Of a stretch of 64,000 nt of DNA, positions 21,401 to 32,100 are shown piece by piece. Position 1 is the stretch's first letter. The number at the start of each line of letters is the position of its first letter. Below the pieces are notes generated by a model, which saw only the letters and a program-made list of their open reading frames with translations, was not told where the DNA came from and did not search any database. A program made the translations under genes and the position numbers. The stretch lies in NCBI RefSeq assembly GCF_902459465.1, contig NC_047077.1, positions 5,828,001 through 5,892,000 of the forward strand, read 5' to 3'. This stretch comes from Asterias rubens (Eukaryota).

Positions 21401-23156
21401 TTATTCTTCCACCATGCAAAGTTTCAAATCCTACCGGCCGGTAATCATTTATGTTGTAATATTTACATTGCTTTTTGCTTACAGTACGAATTTGGGACAT
21501 TCGACCTTTTGCTCCTCAAGAAAGATGTGTAAAGCTCTTCCAAGGCGCACAACATAATTTTGAACAGGTAACATTTACTTTTCATAAATGTTTATAGATC
21601 GATATATTTTTGTATAAGGGTAAATTTTTAGGGTGTATTTTTGTATAACATATTTTTAGACACGCAAAACCACAATGCATTTCACTGTACATTTATATTT
21701 TACAAGTGACAATAAAACATTATTTGTCAACAAGGATTGGATTAATGACATTAGACAAGTATTCATTAATACCCTGAATATTATGAAGGTACATTTCCCA
21801 TGTGTTTATCATTTCAAACCAACATTGATGAGTGACATTTCTTAATTCTAGAACCTGTTAAGATGTGCTTGGTCACCCGATGGTAGTAAGATAGCAGCTG
21901 GTTCTGCTGATAGATTCGTCTACGTATGGGACACAACATCAAGACGTATTCTCTATAAACTACCAGGACATTCTGGATCTGTTAATGACATTGCATTCCA
22001 TCCAAATGAACCAATAAGTAAGTACTTCCTTTAAAATACATTTGGTTTGCAGTAACACCATGTCTGTTTCTACTTGCCAGGTAGATTTTGTTCTTTAAAA
22101 AAACTGTCTTGCTTTGTATTGTGGTACTACCGGGGGGTAGAATTTGGGAGTCTTCTCAGTTTTGAAAAGAACTCTCCTGCTTTTAATTACTACCAGAGGG
22201 CGGAATGTAGAAAATCAGCTTATGGCAGATCGTTATTAACTTCACTACCGCAGAGTGAGTTCTTAATTGGTCTAAACGATTCGACTAGCTTGCTCTAGTC
22301 ATCGTCAGTCTCCTGAACAAAATCTACCTAGCAAGTAGATACACACACGGTGTTACCGCAAACCAAATATATATATATTGAAACCTCACCATGCAATGCC
22401 ACAGATCCCATACCCTTCCTTCAACTATAGCAGTAAACTTAAAGATACAACAGTGTATACAACTCTTTAGGGAGAAGTGTTTGATTTGGATTAACAGTCC
22501 AAATCAATTTAATACCACTCCCCTTGAAGTGGCCGCCTGGCATTGTGATGTTAGACAAGTAACTATGAAACCAGTGAATGTGTTTTCCGTTATTGGCAAA
22601 TCTTGTACTTGTCTGAAACGATAAAGGTTGGAGCTAGGAGAAACAGTTGATTGTAACGATTAACCTGAGATTAAAATCACTCCATCACCTTTATAAGTGG
22701 TGTTTGAAGAACGAGCATATCTCATACATAGACTCATCCAAGTCACTGTCAAATTATGGGTTTGATCATCATGTAGATGGAACTCCCTGACTTGACTGGA
22801 TACATTTCTTTTGTTTCTAATCCAATCCGCTAAGCAAAAATGGTTGGCTCTGTCGTAAGACATTGAGAGCCTGCCTAAGGCCAAATCTGAATTGGCGGAC
22901 ACGGCTACGGCTGTTGCTAAGAGTGTTGCTAAGGACGTCCTATACCTCAATGCATAGTGACGCGGAAATCTAGCCATAGCCGTAGCTGTAGCCGCTAATT
23001 TGGACACGACCTTACTCATCTATGATCAGCCAGTTTCTTTTAGCAATACAGTTTTAAGTTTCCTTGTTCTGATAAAATGTGGGGTTTTTTTTCATTTTAT
23101 TTGCAGTTCTCTCATGCTCGAGTGATAAACAGATGTATCTTGGAGAAATCATGTGA
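12451..23156 (+). CDS. SNRNP40: U5 snRNP 40 kDa WD40-repeat protein, 347 aa, 9 exons
   Basis: Exons 12451-12564, 13151-13280, 14140-14230, 18134-18299, 19486-19608, 20371-20491, 21485-21567, 21852-22017 and 23107-23156. All introns are GT-AG, phases are consistent and the total is 1044 nt. The translation contains [58 protein letters not shown] and [12 protein letters not shown], closely matching human SNRNP40 as remembered. Confidence 0.97.
13353..13605. mobile_element. MITE, possibly PIF/Harbinger-type
   Basis: Terminal inverted repeats GGGTGCGTT.GATT..AGCTTCCC / GGGAAGCTAATCAAACGCACCC, flanked by TAT on both sides (3-bp target duplication). Confidence 0.7.
13668..13836. mobile_element. 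Short MITE of the CAGGCC...GGCCTG family
   Basis: Ends CTGGCCTGGAATT and ATACCAGGCCTG. Internal GGCAAGGCC and GGCCATGGCC motifs resemble the right end of the 14986-17854 element. Confidence 0.55.
13850..13957 (-). mobile_element. tRNA(Gly)-like SINE head or tRNA pseudogene
   Basis: The minus strand reads GCAGTGGTGTAGTGGTGTCTTCCCTTGCCTTCCACCTATGGGACCCAGGTTCGAATCCC. A and B boxes are present with a TCC anticodon-like loop, but the stems pair poorly. Confidence 0.55.
14558..14788 (+). mobile_element. SINE, partial and degenerate
   Basis: GCTCTGGTGTTT...GACACTTAACCATT...GGTTCGCCCCGGTGTTCCTGGTTTGATTGGCTGCATATTGCACC aligns with the full copy at 19731-20125. Confidence 0.75.
14986..17854. mobile_element. 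2.87-kb non-autonomous DNA transposon with 7-bp target duplication, inserted into a SINE
   Basis: TIR CAGGCCTCGATCTT / AAGATCAAGGCCTG. AAGCACT is repeated at 14979-14985 and 17855-17861. Removing the element rejoins a minus-strand SINE (GGCCGGTAGAGCAGAAAGCACT|ACCTCCCC). No transposase-like ORF recognised. Confidence 0.85.
15532..16924. mobile_element. 1.39-kb TTAA-flanked non-autonomous element nested in the 2.87-kb transposon
   Basis: TTAA-CGTCCGTCGAT at 15528-15542 and ATCGACGGACG-TTAA at 16914-16928. Dense CGATAT/ATATCG subterminal repeats at both ends. Confidence 0.75.
17855..17969 (-). mobile_element. SINE 5' head (the other part lies at about 14880-14985)
   Basis: The minus strand reads GTCATGGCCGAGCGGTTAAGAGCACCGGATTCAAGCACTGGTGTTTGATCAGCAGGGTGTGGGTTCGGATCCCGGTCGTGAC, a tRNA-like head with A and B boxes. 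Confidence 0.8.
18335..18512 (+). mobile_element. SINE 3' half
   Basis: GTGCACTTATCGAAAAGAGAAGGGGTTCGCCCTGGTGTTCC...AGCGCCTTGAG...(TAT)n tail. Same family as 19731-20125. Confidence 0.75.
18854..19233 (+). mobile_element. About 380-bp TTAA-flanked MITE (Kolobok-like), full copy
   Basis: TTAA|AGGCAGTGGACACTATTGGTAAT ... ATTACCAATAGGGTCCACTGCCT|TTAA. The RR termini plus TTAA target are consistent with Kolobok (inference). Confidence 0.9.
19731..20125 (+). mobile_element. Near full-length tRNA-derived SINE
   Basis: Head GGCATGTTGTGGCCAAGCGGTTAAGCGCACTTGACTCAAG, B-box-like TCTGAATCCC, GTGTCCTTAAGCAAGACACTTAACC core and 3' AGCGCCTTGAG...TATATAAAAGCC. Confidence 0.85.
20155..20320. mobile_element. 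Short interspersed repeat (inverted copy at about 23700-23858)
   Basis: ACCCACAGCAATTG...TGTGCTTTTGCTGCG.TGCCCTT...AAGTGCCCTTACCAG.GGAAAAATTGCTGTGCCCCT occurs here and reverse-complemented downstream of the SNRNP40 stop. Confidence 0.7.
20663..21041 (+). mobile_element. Kolobok-like MITE, full copy, nested in another repeat
   Basis: TTAA|AGACAGTGGACACTATTGG ... CCAAAAGTGTCCACTGCCT|TTAA. Same family as 18854-19233. Confidence 0.9.
22037..22375. mobile_element. MITE with TTTGGTTTGC(A/G)GTAACACC termini
   Basis: ATTTGGTTTGCAGTAACACCATGT..CTACTTGCCAGGTAGATTT is mirrored by AAATCTACCTAGCAAGTAGA..CACGGTGTTACCGCAAACCAAAT. Related pieces lie at 21135-21430, 28340-28545, 40060-40240, 57320-57590 and 59500-59790. 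Confidence 0.75.
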
Positions 23157-24530
23157 TTTGCCATATCGACCAATCACAGAGAAGGATGTTTATCATGTGA
23201 TGTATATTAACCAATGAAAGACTTTTTTTATAACATGGAAAGTGCCTTAGAGTGTTGCTTTCTAAGACTTTCAAACCTTGGTCTTTGGGAAAAATGAAAA
23301 GCTGACCAAAATTTGTTTTTCAGTGGATGGTCAGCAGGACCAGTTAGCTTGTCCGTCAGCCTTTTTATCAGTGCATAATTCATATTAAATAAGGATGCTT
23401 TTCAATACTGACCTAGCCAGCCAGACTACTTGGATAGAACATTTGGCCAGCGGACCACTGTTAGGGAGAACGCAGCTGAAACGTTTCGGAAATCCTCAGT
23501 TCAGTGTTATATTGTCATATGAAAGCTGTCGGTTTTTATGCTGCAGTGAATGTACATAACATGTATGTGCCTAAAACGGGGTACAATGTGGACCATAGTA
23601 AGGCATGCCAGAGACATTTTAGACAATGCATTTAGAACTAAATATGAAAGCTGTCGGATTTATGCTGCATTGAATGATACATGTATGTGCCTATAAAGGC
23701 AAACCTTAAACTTCCTTTTTGAAGGGGCACAGCAATTTTCTCCTGGTAAGGGGCACTTTATGGGGAAAATGGAAGTTTGTATTTTAGCCTTGGAAGGGGC
23801 AGCGCAGCAAAAAGCAAAAGCACAGGTCACCACTGCAATTGTTGTGGGTGCCATGGGTCATTTTAAACCTATAAAGGGGTTATAGTTTGGCCACAATAAG
23901 GCATGCCATGAAGTCACAGAGGCATTTCGGACATCCCCCTTTAAAAAAAGAATTCCATTTTTTTTTCCAAGGCATATAGACGATGTGACCTCTGACGTCA
24001 CTCAAAACCATAACATGAATTGGGCGCATACCACCGAGCAAAACCTTTGTGTTTTGGCAGCCAGCTAGAAAGTGCACACAATCTTACCGTGACTATGTGT
24101 CTTTTTGCCCGGCGCGTGAACAGTGTTTTGTCAACAGAGGGAGGTTTGAATGTAAACATAGGTCACGTCGTCTGTAAAGTGACATGCCTGCAAATAAACA
24201 TTTTTGGGCCAGAAGCAGGATTGCATACATGACGGCTAAAATGTTAGCCATGTAAGAGTGCTCGGCCAAAATGTTTTAAATGACATTGTGTTCTAATTTT
24301 TTTTCTTTGATTTCTTTTATTCTGATGATAGAATGTGCAAACGGTATGTTCAAGAAGTAATTACTTCCAATTGTTTTGATGGTCCTTGGCGGGCTAAAAG
24401 AGCATCATGATCTTTGTTAAAATCCACACTTTTTGTCAAGTATTATTTTGTCTTTGTTACTGACTGCTCTTTGATGGCTGCTCCATCTTCCGACAGCCCC
24501 TTATGATCTATATGCAAGGGTGAGTGTCAA

Positions 24531-24708
24531 GCTCTGTTCGTACTTCCTACAAATGCGAAGCAAATTTTGACGTCGAAGCTCCATTTTTCGCTGCGAGGGT
24601 TTCGCAAGAGTTGAGCACACTTCAACTGATGTGAATAATTTGAGGCGAATTTATGACTTAAATATTTGTATCACATTCACATTTGCGGGAAGTATGAACC
24701 GGGTTTTA
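24531..24708. mobile_element. MITE
   Basis: Inverted ends GTTCGTACTTCCTACAAATGCGAA / TTCACATTTGCGGGAAGTATGAAC. Confidence 0.6.
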
Positions 24709-25499
24709 CAGTTCGGAAAATGAAACCTTAGGGTTGTCGAAACATAAATGTGTTTCATATGTTTATACTGGACTGAAAGTAAAGGGATGATTTGCCAAAA
24801 CATACAGTAAGTTTAAGTGTCGGGTACATTGTCAACATATTTTAACTACGTTTGAATTCTTGGATTTCAGATTAAGACTTCACTGTACTTCATATTCATT
24901 TTTTGTTTGTCTCAAATTTGATCCGACCTTTTAGGATGTACATGTACTTTTGTTAATACTTTGTGTAGTTTTACTTTCAATAAAACATTTTGTACAGAAT
25001 ATTGATTTCATCTCTGATAATCTTTTGAAATTGCAGTGAACTAGTCAAGGAAACTGTACAGGTTGATGAGGGTGTACATGTAAGTGGAATCATAATGGAG
25101 AAAGATTATTTAGTTGTTGGCAACAAATGAACGATCTAGAGGAGAGAAACCAGGGTGTGGCCTTGAGCAGGACCCCTCCTCCCACTTCCACCCAATGCTT
25201 ACGAAAATATAGCCTTGATTCAAGGCTGTTGGCGTTGTAGTGTGCCCCGGCCCGGTGTGCGGCACGATTTAGAAAGTACTCATGTACCGTACGTGTACCG
25301 TACAGATGGTACATGTACAGTACGTATGTGTACATACGCTGTACACGTATTATATGCACTGTGTTATGTATGGGGGTGTGCTGGCGAAATTCAATGATGG
25401 GGACTGGGATTTTGCAGGTCGCGGCTGGCTGGAGCGCCTTGATCAAGGCGAATGAAAATATAGCTCTGTATATATACAGCCCCACCCATACAACAAATT

Positions 25500-25821
25500 A
25501 TCACTTAAATAGTGAGTTTGAGACCTCACCTGAGGTCTCAAATTCAAGGCAGTTGAAAGCACACAACTTGTGCGACAAGGGTGTTTTTTCTTCCATTATT
25601 CTCTTAAGCAATTTTCCACTAAATTATTTGATTTTGAGACCTCAGGATTACATTTTGAGTTCATGAAATCAAGCATCTGGTGTTTTTTCTTCTATTATTA
25701 TCTCGCAACTTCGACGACCAAGTGAGTTCAAATTTTCACAGTTTTTTTATTTTATGCATATGTTGAGATACACCAAGTGAGAAAACTGGTCTCTGACAAT
25801 TACCAAAGGGGTCCAGTGCCT
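25500..25821 (-). mobile_element. Kolobok-like MITE, truncated reverse copy
   Basis: Ends ...GACAATTACCAAAGGGGTCCAGTGCCT|TTAA. The body is the reverse complement of the 18854 family. Further degenerate copies lie at about 27060-27378 and 31500-31818. Confidence 0.8.
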
Positions 25822-25950
25822 TTAAGTAGACAAGTTTTAAGACCGGGACTCAAACCCCACTCTGCTGATCAGAAAGACCAAAGCTTGAGTCAAGTGCGTT
25901 TGACAGCTTGGTCTCACATGACTATTGAGAGCTACTATTGTAAACCCTAA

Positions 25951-26199
25951 AGCAAGTTCGAGTGTGCACAATGGTTAACTAAAGGTTGACCATTTTGACG
26001 CGAACCCAGGCTGGTCGAACATTGGTTGGCTACTGTGGTCGACCATTTGGAACCAGCCTCGAGCCCATGGTTTCTTCACTGGTCCCAACAGCATGTGCTA
26101 TTCTAACATGTGTTAAGTGCAGAGGGGAACCAGTGACACTTTAGCAAAAAGGTGGAAGGTTGACCACTGGTGGACTAAATGTGCGCACTCGAACTTGCT
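25951..26199. mobile_element. MITE
   Basis: TIR AGCAAGTTCGAGTGTGCACA / TGTGCGCACTCGAACTTGCT. Confidence 0.75.
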
Positions 26200-29194
26200 C
26201 CTAGTCATCCATGCTATGTGTTTGTGGTTCTTAAATGTGCACTACCAATCTTGTACATGACTTGGACTCGAACCCACACTCTGCTGATCAGAAACACCAG
26301 AGCTTGAGTCTGGTGTGCTTGACCAATTGCCGCAACATGTCCTATCAAATGTCAGTATAAAAAATGTACAAATATACCACAGTGTTATATTTATGCCTTT
26401 TATTCAGTGGAAATCAACCAGAGAATGTCGGAAGCTAACAATAATTCATTGCTGGCATACTCTTTCACTACTTCCATATTATGGTTATTACTGTGTCAAG
26501 AAGTACAAAAGATTGCTATTTCATTTTCTCACATTACATACATACATATACAGATAGTTTTAATTATGTGTTTTTAAAAAACAGCACTTGAAATTTGCGT
26601 CTATCGCTTTTGAGTATCCTGTTTATAAGTGTGACCTAATTCCAGTTTAAGCCGCCCCAACTTCATACCAATTGGCTCCACTGATTACCAAGGCCCAATT
26701 TCATAAATCCTGTCAGCATAAAAACTTGCTAAGCACAGACAAATCTTGCTAAACAGAAACTTGTAAGCAGCCAAAACTCCATAAAGTTTACATTGTTGCA
26801 ACTGGTGCCATGCTTATGTTTTGCTTAGCAAAGAGATTTACTAAGCAATATTCAGCTTTGGAGCTGGAAGAATAAACAAACTTTGGACATGCAGCAGATG
26901 CACTCGTGTGGCTCAATGTTTTAACAAATTGATACTCTTGCAGTCAGCTTAATATATACAGATAGTAAACTAGCTGATTATATAGTTTCAAGTTATTTAT
27001 TTATTTATTTTCTGTTTCATTTACAGGAAGTTATTTTGACACAGTTGAACTTTCTTTCACAGGAAACCGTGTTAAATGCACTGAACACATTTTGTTTTTA
27101 CTCACAATATTAGCATAAAAACTTCCTTGGTTACGAGAGCTGTTGATAGTACAATCTCAGATTCAAATATTTTAGTGAGAAGCTACCTCTTTCTAAAAAC
27201 TACAGTACTTCAGAAAGAGTGTTCTCACGAAGTGTGATACTACCAACAACTCTCCATTGCTTGTTACCAAGTAATTTTTTGGGGAAAGAGCTAAGAATAG
27301 TCTCATCTCGACTTAGGACAAGTTACTCATCTTAAGTTAGTAACTCCTAACTCTTTGTGAAATCGACCCCAGTGCCTTTAAGTATGGGAGCATTTTGGGG
27401 AGGATGACACCCTCTGCCACATGTTCAGCATGGTATAGACTAACGTCTGAATAAATTTGTTTGCTCAACAGAATGCCTGTACACAAGTTGCTCATTGCAT
27501 AATGCCAATACTTACTCATTATATTCTCCCATTGTAACGTAGAATCAATATTTACACATAGACCTTAAAGGTATTACACAGGATTGGTAGAGCTGACGAA
27601 ATAGTCACAGCAAGGAAGGTAGTGGTAGCACTTACAGACTAACTAATTATACATGTATACAAAACTGCATGAGTTTTGGTAGTAACAACTACTTCATCGT
27701 AGGATGCAAGGATGTAGTTGTTGCTACAAAAGCTCTTGAAGGTTTTTATATAATTAGTTTAACTGCAAGTGCTACCACTACCCTTTCTTGTTTTATCTAC
27801 TAAATTAAAACTATTTTTTAATAGTCATAGAAATAGTGTGTATGTTCTGTGATCAACCATATACATTAAGTAACAAACAAGTGAAAATTTGGGCTTAATC
27901 CTTTGTGCGAGTCAGGAGAAAACAGTGACAAGCATGCACAATGTTACAGCATGTACACAGTGTTCTTAATTTTGGTTGTAACAACCAAAATCAGCTATTG
28001 TATTTTGTAAGGGTTTCAATGAGCCAGAAACAGTTTTCTTGATCAATTCATTTCAGTGGGAAAAATTTCCAAACAAAAATGGTTCTAGTCTGAACTTCAT
28101 AATCAGTAAACTTTGAAACTAAATATTAAACAATGTTTTCTATCCGTATCAATCCTGTATTACACCGTTATAAGAAACCTATAGACCCTTACTATTTGCA
28201 TTCTAAATAATTATTTGCGTAATATATGTCTTTAGAAAATATTCACTATAAAATATGTAAATCTACTGATGGGCTAATGATCTGCTTGCGACAGTTGTCA
28301 GAGCTTTTATCTTTCAATTTACACATCATGACTTGTTGGATTTGAAACTTTGCATGGTCAGGGTATAAACTAAGAGAGGTTTGCAGTAACAAGTGAATAT
28401 CTCTTTTGAGTAACATTGGTTCGGAACGGCACCGGTGGTTAACAACTCAATGTTGCAATCAGTTTGCTCTGATCGTCTTCAGGAGTGAATATTACTCGAA
28501 AGGAGATATTCACATGGTGTTAACTCAAACCTCTTTTAGACGTCATGATATTGATTTGATCAAGAAGCATCACATGATAAAATCAAAATCATGGCCTTAT
28601 CAATAAGAAACTTTTTGTTTGTGCCCTTAATTTATGCCCTTAATTTCTGACTCGGAAATCATTTTTACAAATCTGCCTACATTTACTGAAAATGAACTTG
28701 TACAATCTAGTTCAATTTAAATATACCTTTATAACAGTACTTTACAGTAAAGATGATGTGATCGTACGTTAATGTTTGAAGCAGCCATTTTGTATTTTCG
28801 TTCATTGTAAACCACTCGAGTCAAGGTGAGGCTGTGATGAAATAGTCTGACAGTACTTGGAGGAATGTCAGTCAACCATTTGGTAATTTCATGTTGATGG
28901 TAAAAATATCACTATCATTATAGTTTTCCAAATGTTTGACCGATTAGAAAGATCTATGAGGCACTAAAAGGTTTTAAATGACGAATGAAATTTACAGCTT
29001 ATAATAGAACCTTAACTAGTCTTTATCTTAGAAATATACATAAGTTTTAAGTTTATAATAAAAAAATTAAAATCATAAACTCCACGGTCTAATTTAGCAA
29101 TTGCATTTTGTAAAATAAGTTTTCCTCTTGTATTTATAAGCAAGTATGAGCTGCATCATAAATTTACATTGCGTTTAACAGCCAAAAGGAAGTG

Positions 29195-32100
29195 TTATTT
29201 AGGTCGCCACCCTCCGAGGAATTTCATGATTTTTTGGCTGTCAAACTCAGAGACTTTAAACTCAGTGCGAAGAATGTCCTTGCTTAATGTTATCATCATT
29301 TCACCATCAACCTGGTTATTCTTGAAGACCTCTGCGTACTTATCCAGATTAAGAAGACGCAAAGACTGCGTGACTTGAGCCACTGTTAATCCCTTCAGAT
29401 TAGTTGGGATATCCTCGACTTTGCTGAAAGTATCGCTGCTTGAAGAAGCTTTGTTGCCAACTTTGAAGCGACCTGGAGTCGGCTTTGGAGCTACAGAAGG
29501 AACGTTACCAGGATCAAGAATTCTGTCGGTTGAAGTCTTCCTTAGTCTTGAACTCAGGATAGATTGCAGCTCATTAGTGCCAGATGGAGCTTGCGTCTTA
29601 AGAGCACCTGTGGATCTTGGGCTTTGTTTTGAGGGACCAAATGTCACTTTGCCGCTATCCACGGCATCTTCTAGAATGATCCCAGTAGACATCCGGCGTT
29701 GCTGTGCCTTTTTTAACTCCATCATCATTGTGTTCATAGATGGTTCATTGTTCCTAACTGGTTTGGGTTGCGGTTTAGCAATGGGTGTGTGAGATACTTG
29801 TTGTGATGGAGCCTTCCAATCTAATCCAGGAGGAGGAGGGGGTGGTGGAGGGGCTGGTAAACCTGGGGCTGGGGCAGGGGGAGGTGGGGGCGGGGGGCCT
29901 GGAGGGGGAGGAGGAGCAAGTGCTAATGCTCCAGGGATAGACGACAAAGAAGAGGCAGGGGAAGACAGTGTTGAAGATGACCCAGCTTCACCCACTTGGG
30001 ATATTTGTGGTGAGAAAGTCGGCGCTGGGGCTTTTGGCTTGACAGGTATTGAGGAGATTGGTGGAGGCGTGGGAGGAGGGCCTTGCTTTGCCTCCACAGC
30101 TCCTGGGTATTGGAATACAGTTTCATTTGGGTCATAATCTGGAGCTGGTATGTCGACAGGTAATGTTTTAAGATGCGTGTAATCATTGGAGTCAGTTGAG
30201 CTGGTTGAACTGACGCTTCTTGCACCGAACGTCTCGTTGATTGTTGGTGAATTACTTGAGATGGGACCTTTTCGGACTCGTCCGGCCGATGAGACAAGAA
30301 TTTGATCTGGTCTTGCTCCTACTGATGGTGAACTATTCCTTTGGTAGCTCGGTACATTTGATGGTGTGGAGTCAACAGACGGGGATCTTTTGCGGGAATA
30401 ATGTGCAGGAGTTGTCGTTATGGGCGGGGGCTTTTGGACACGCCCTCTAGTCGCTGTTCCATCTTGTCTTGAGTTGGTTGCTGATGTGTGATTGTGAGTT
30501 ACTACAGGTCTTTGATCCTGTGTAGGGCTTCCTTTTGTTGGTCTTGCTGATGTTGGCAAAGGAGGAGGTTGTACATTGTTCTTTAAAGCTTCCTGGCTAG
30601 GACCTCTCTGTAGGATGGATCTTGGCATGGTTGCACTGGATACAGGTAGAGGTCTGGTAACCGGAGGCGACCCTTTGCTTACCACTTTAGCAACAGGCCG
30701 AGAATTCCTGGGTACAGTATCTGTTGACATCATAATGGAAGCTGAAGCAGATTTGGTCATTTGTCGACCCCGTCCAGCATCTCCATTCTTGGTGACCTGT
30801 GGGCTCGGAGAGGCTACTCTTCGGACAGCTGTGGCTGATGCAGCGGTGTGGCCCACTGTCCGAGAGACACCTGCACCAGTTGTTGTCTTACTGCGTAACC
30901 TCTCGTTAGCTGAGGTGATGTAGAGGGTTCCGATTGGCCAGATCTTCTCATAGTCTTCTTGACTCTCGGCTTTTTCAAGACGTTTGTCGGAGAAGAAGGT
31001 GATTTCTAGAAAAGTGAAAAATCAAACATCAAATTATTATTTAGTGGAAGCAATTAGCAATGTTTATATCCAGCCAAAGTCTTTATTGGTTTAGCGATTT
31101 TCTTCAGCTTTTGCATTGAAAAATGAGATGGAAAATGCACTTATAACTGAAAATGAAACATAAGTGTTTTCAAGTACATGTGCACTGAATAAGGCGTAGT
31201 TCAGTCTTTATGCATTATCATTTTAGTATTTGCTTATTTCTTTATTTTATTTAATCACATATTTATTCATTTATAAATAATTGTTGGGTGTTCATTAATG
31301 CCCTCTTATATGTTGGTAAACAAAGATACAGCTCAAGTTTTTGCCAACCGATGTTGGAAATCTATGAAAATCTATAAATGCAAAACGAAAACAGATGGCT
31401 ACTGTTTGTAACAATGTCAATAAGATATTTAAAAAACAGTGTTGAGATTATTGGAAGGTCCCAACTAATTGGAGGTAATTCACAGTTTGCAGAGACTGTT
31501 GAATTCGGTAATTACTCAAAATAATTGTTACTGTGTGTTAGCATAAAAACGTTGTGAGAAACAGCCCCCTCCGTAGTTTTACAGGAAGAGGTAATTTCTC
31601 ACACAAATAATGAAAGACTTTAGCTGAAGCTTTTTATTTTACATCTGAAGAAAGCACACAAAACTTTACTCACAACTGCTGCAACAAGGGTCGGTTTTCT
31701 TTCGTTCTCGTGCAATCGATGGGCCCATTTCAAAGGTTTGTTATTTTCTGCATAATATTGGGATACACCAAGTGAGAATACTGGTTTCTGACAATTACCA
31801 AAATGTCCAGTCCCTTCAGTTTGTTTATCACCAATTTACAGACCAATTACTTACTCTGGTTGCCAGGGAAGAGCTCAAAGGTCACGTGTTTGGAGACTAG
31901 CTTCTCAAGCAGTGATTGATAGCGCCCCCATTGTTCAACCGAGTGCTTCGTGAAACCTTCGGCTAGATTGACTTCGATTGGAAGATGTAGTGGAATATTT
32001 ATCACTTGAGTATCAAGATGATCTGGAAGAAAGAAGAAAATACAATTGAAAATTATTAATAATACACCGATAATAATTTCAGATTTGTGTTTTGTTTACG

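Noticed and set aside
29421-30923. Plus-strand ORFs of 69-123 aa
   Set aside because: Antisense shadows of the GC-rich last exon of the GAREM-like gene.
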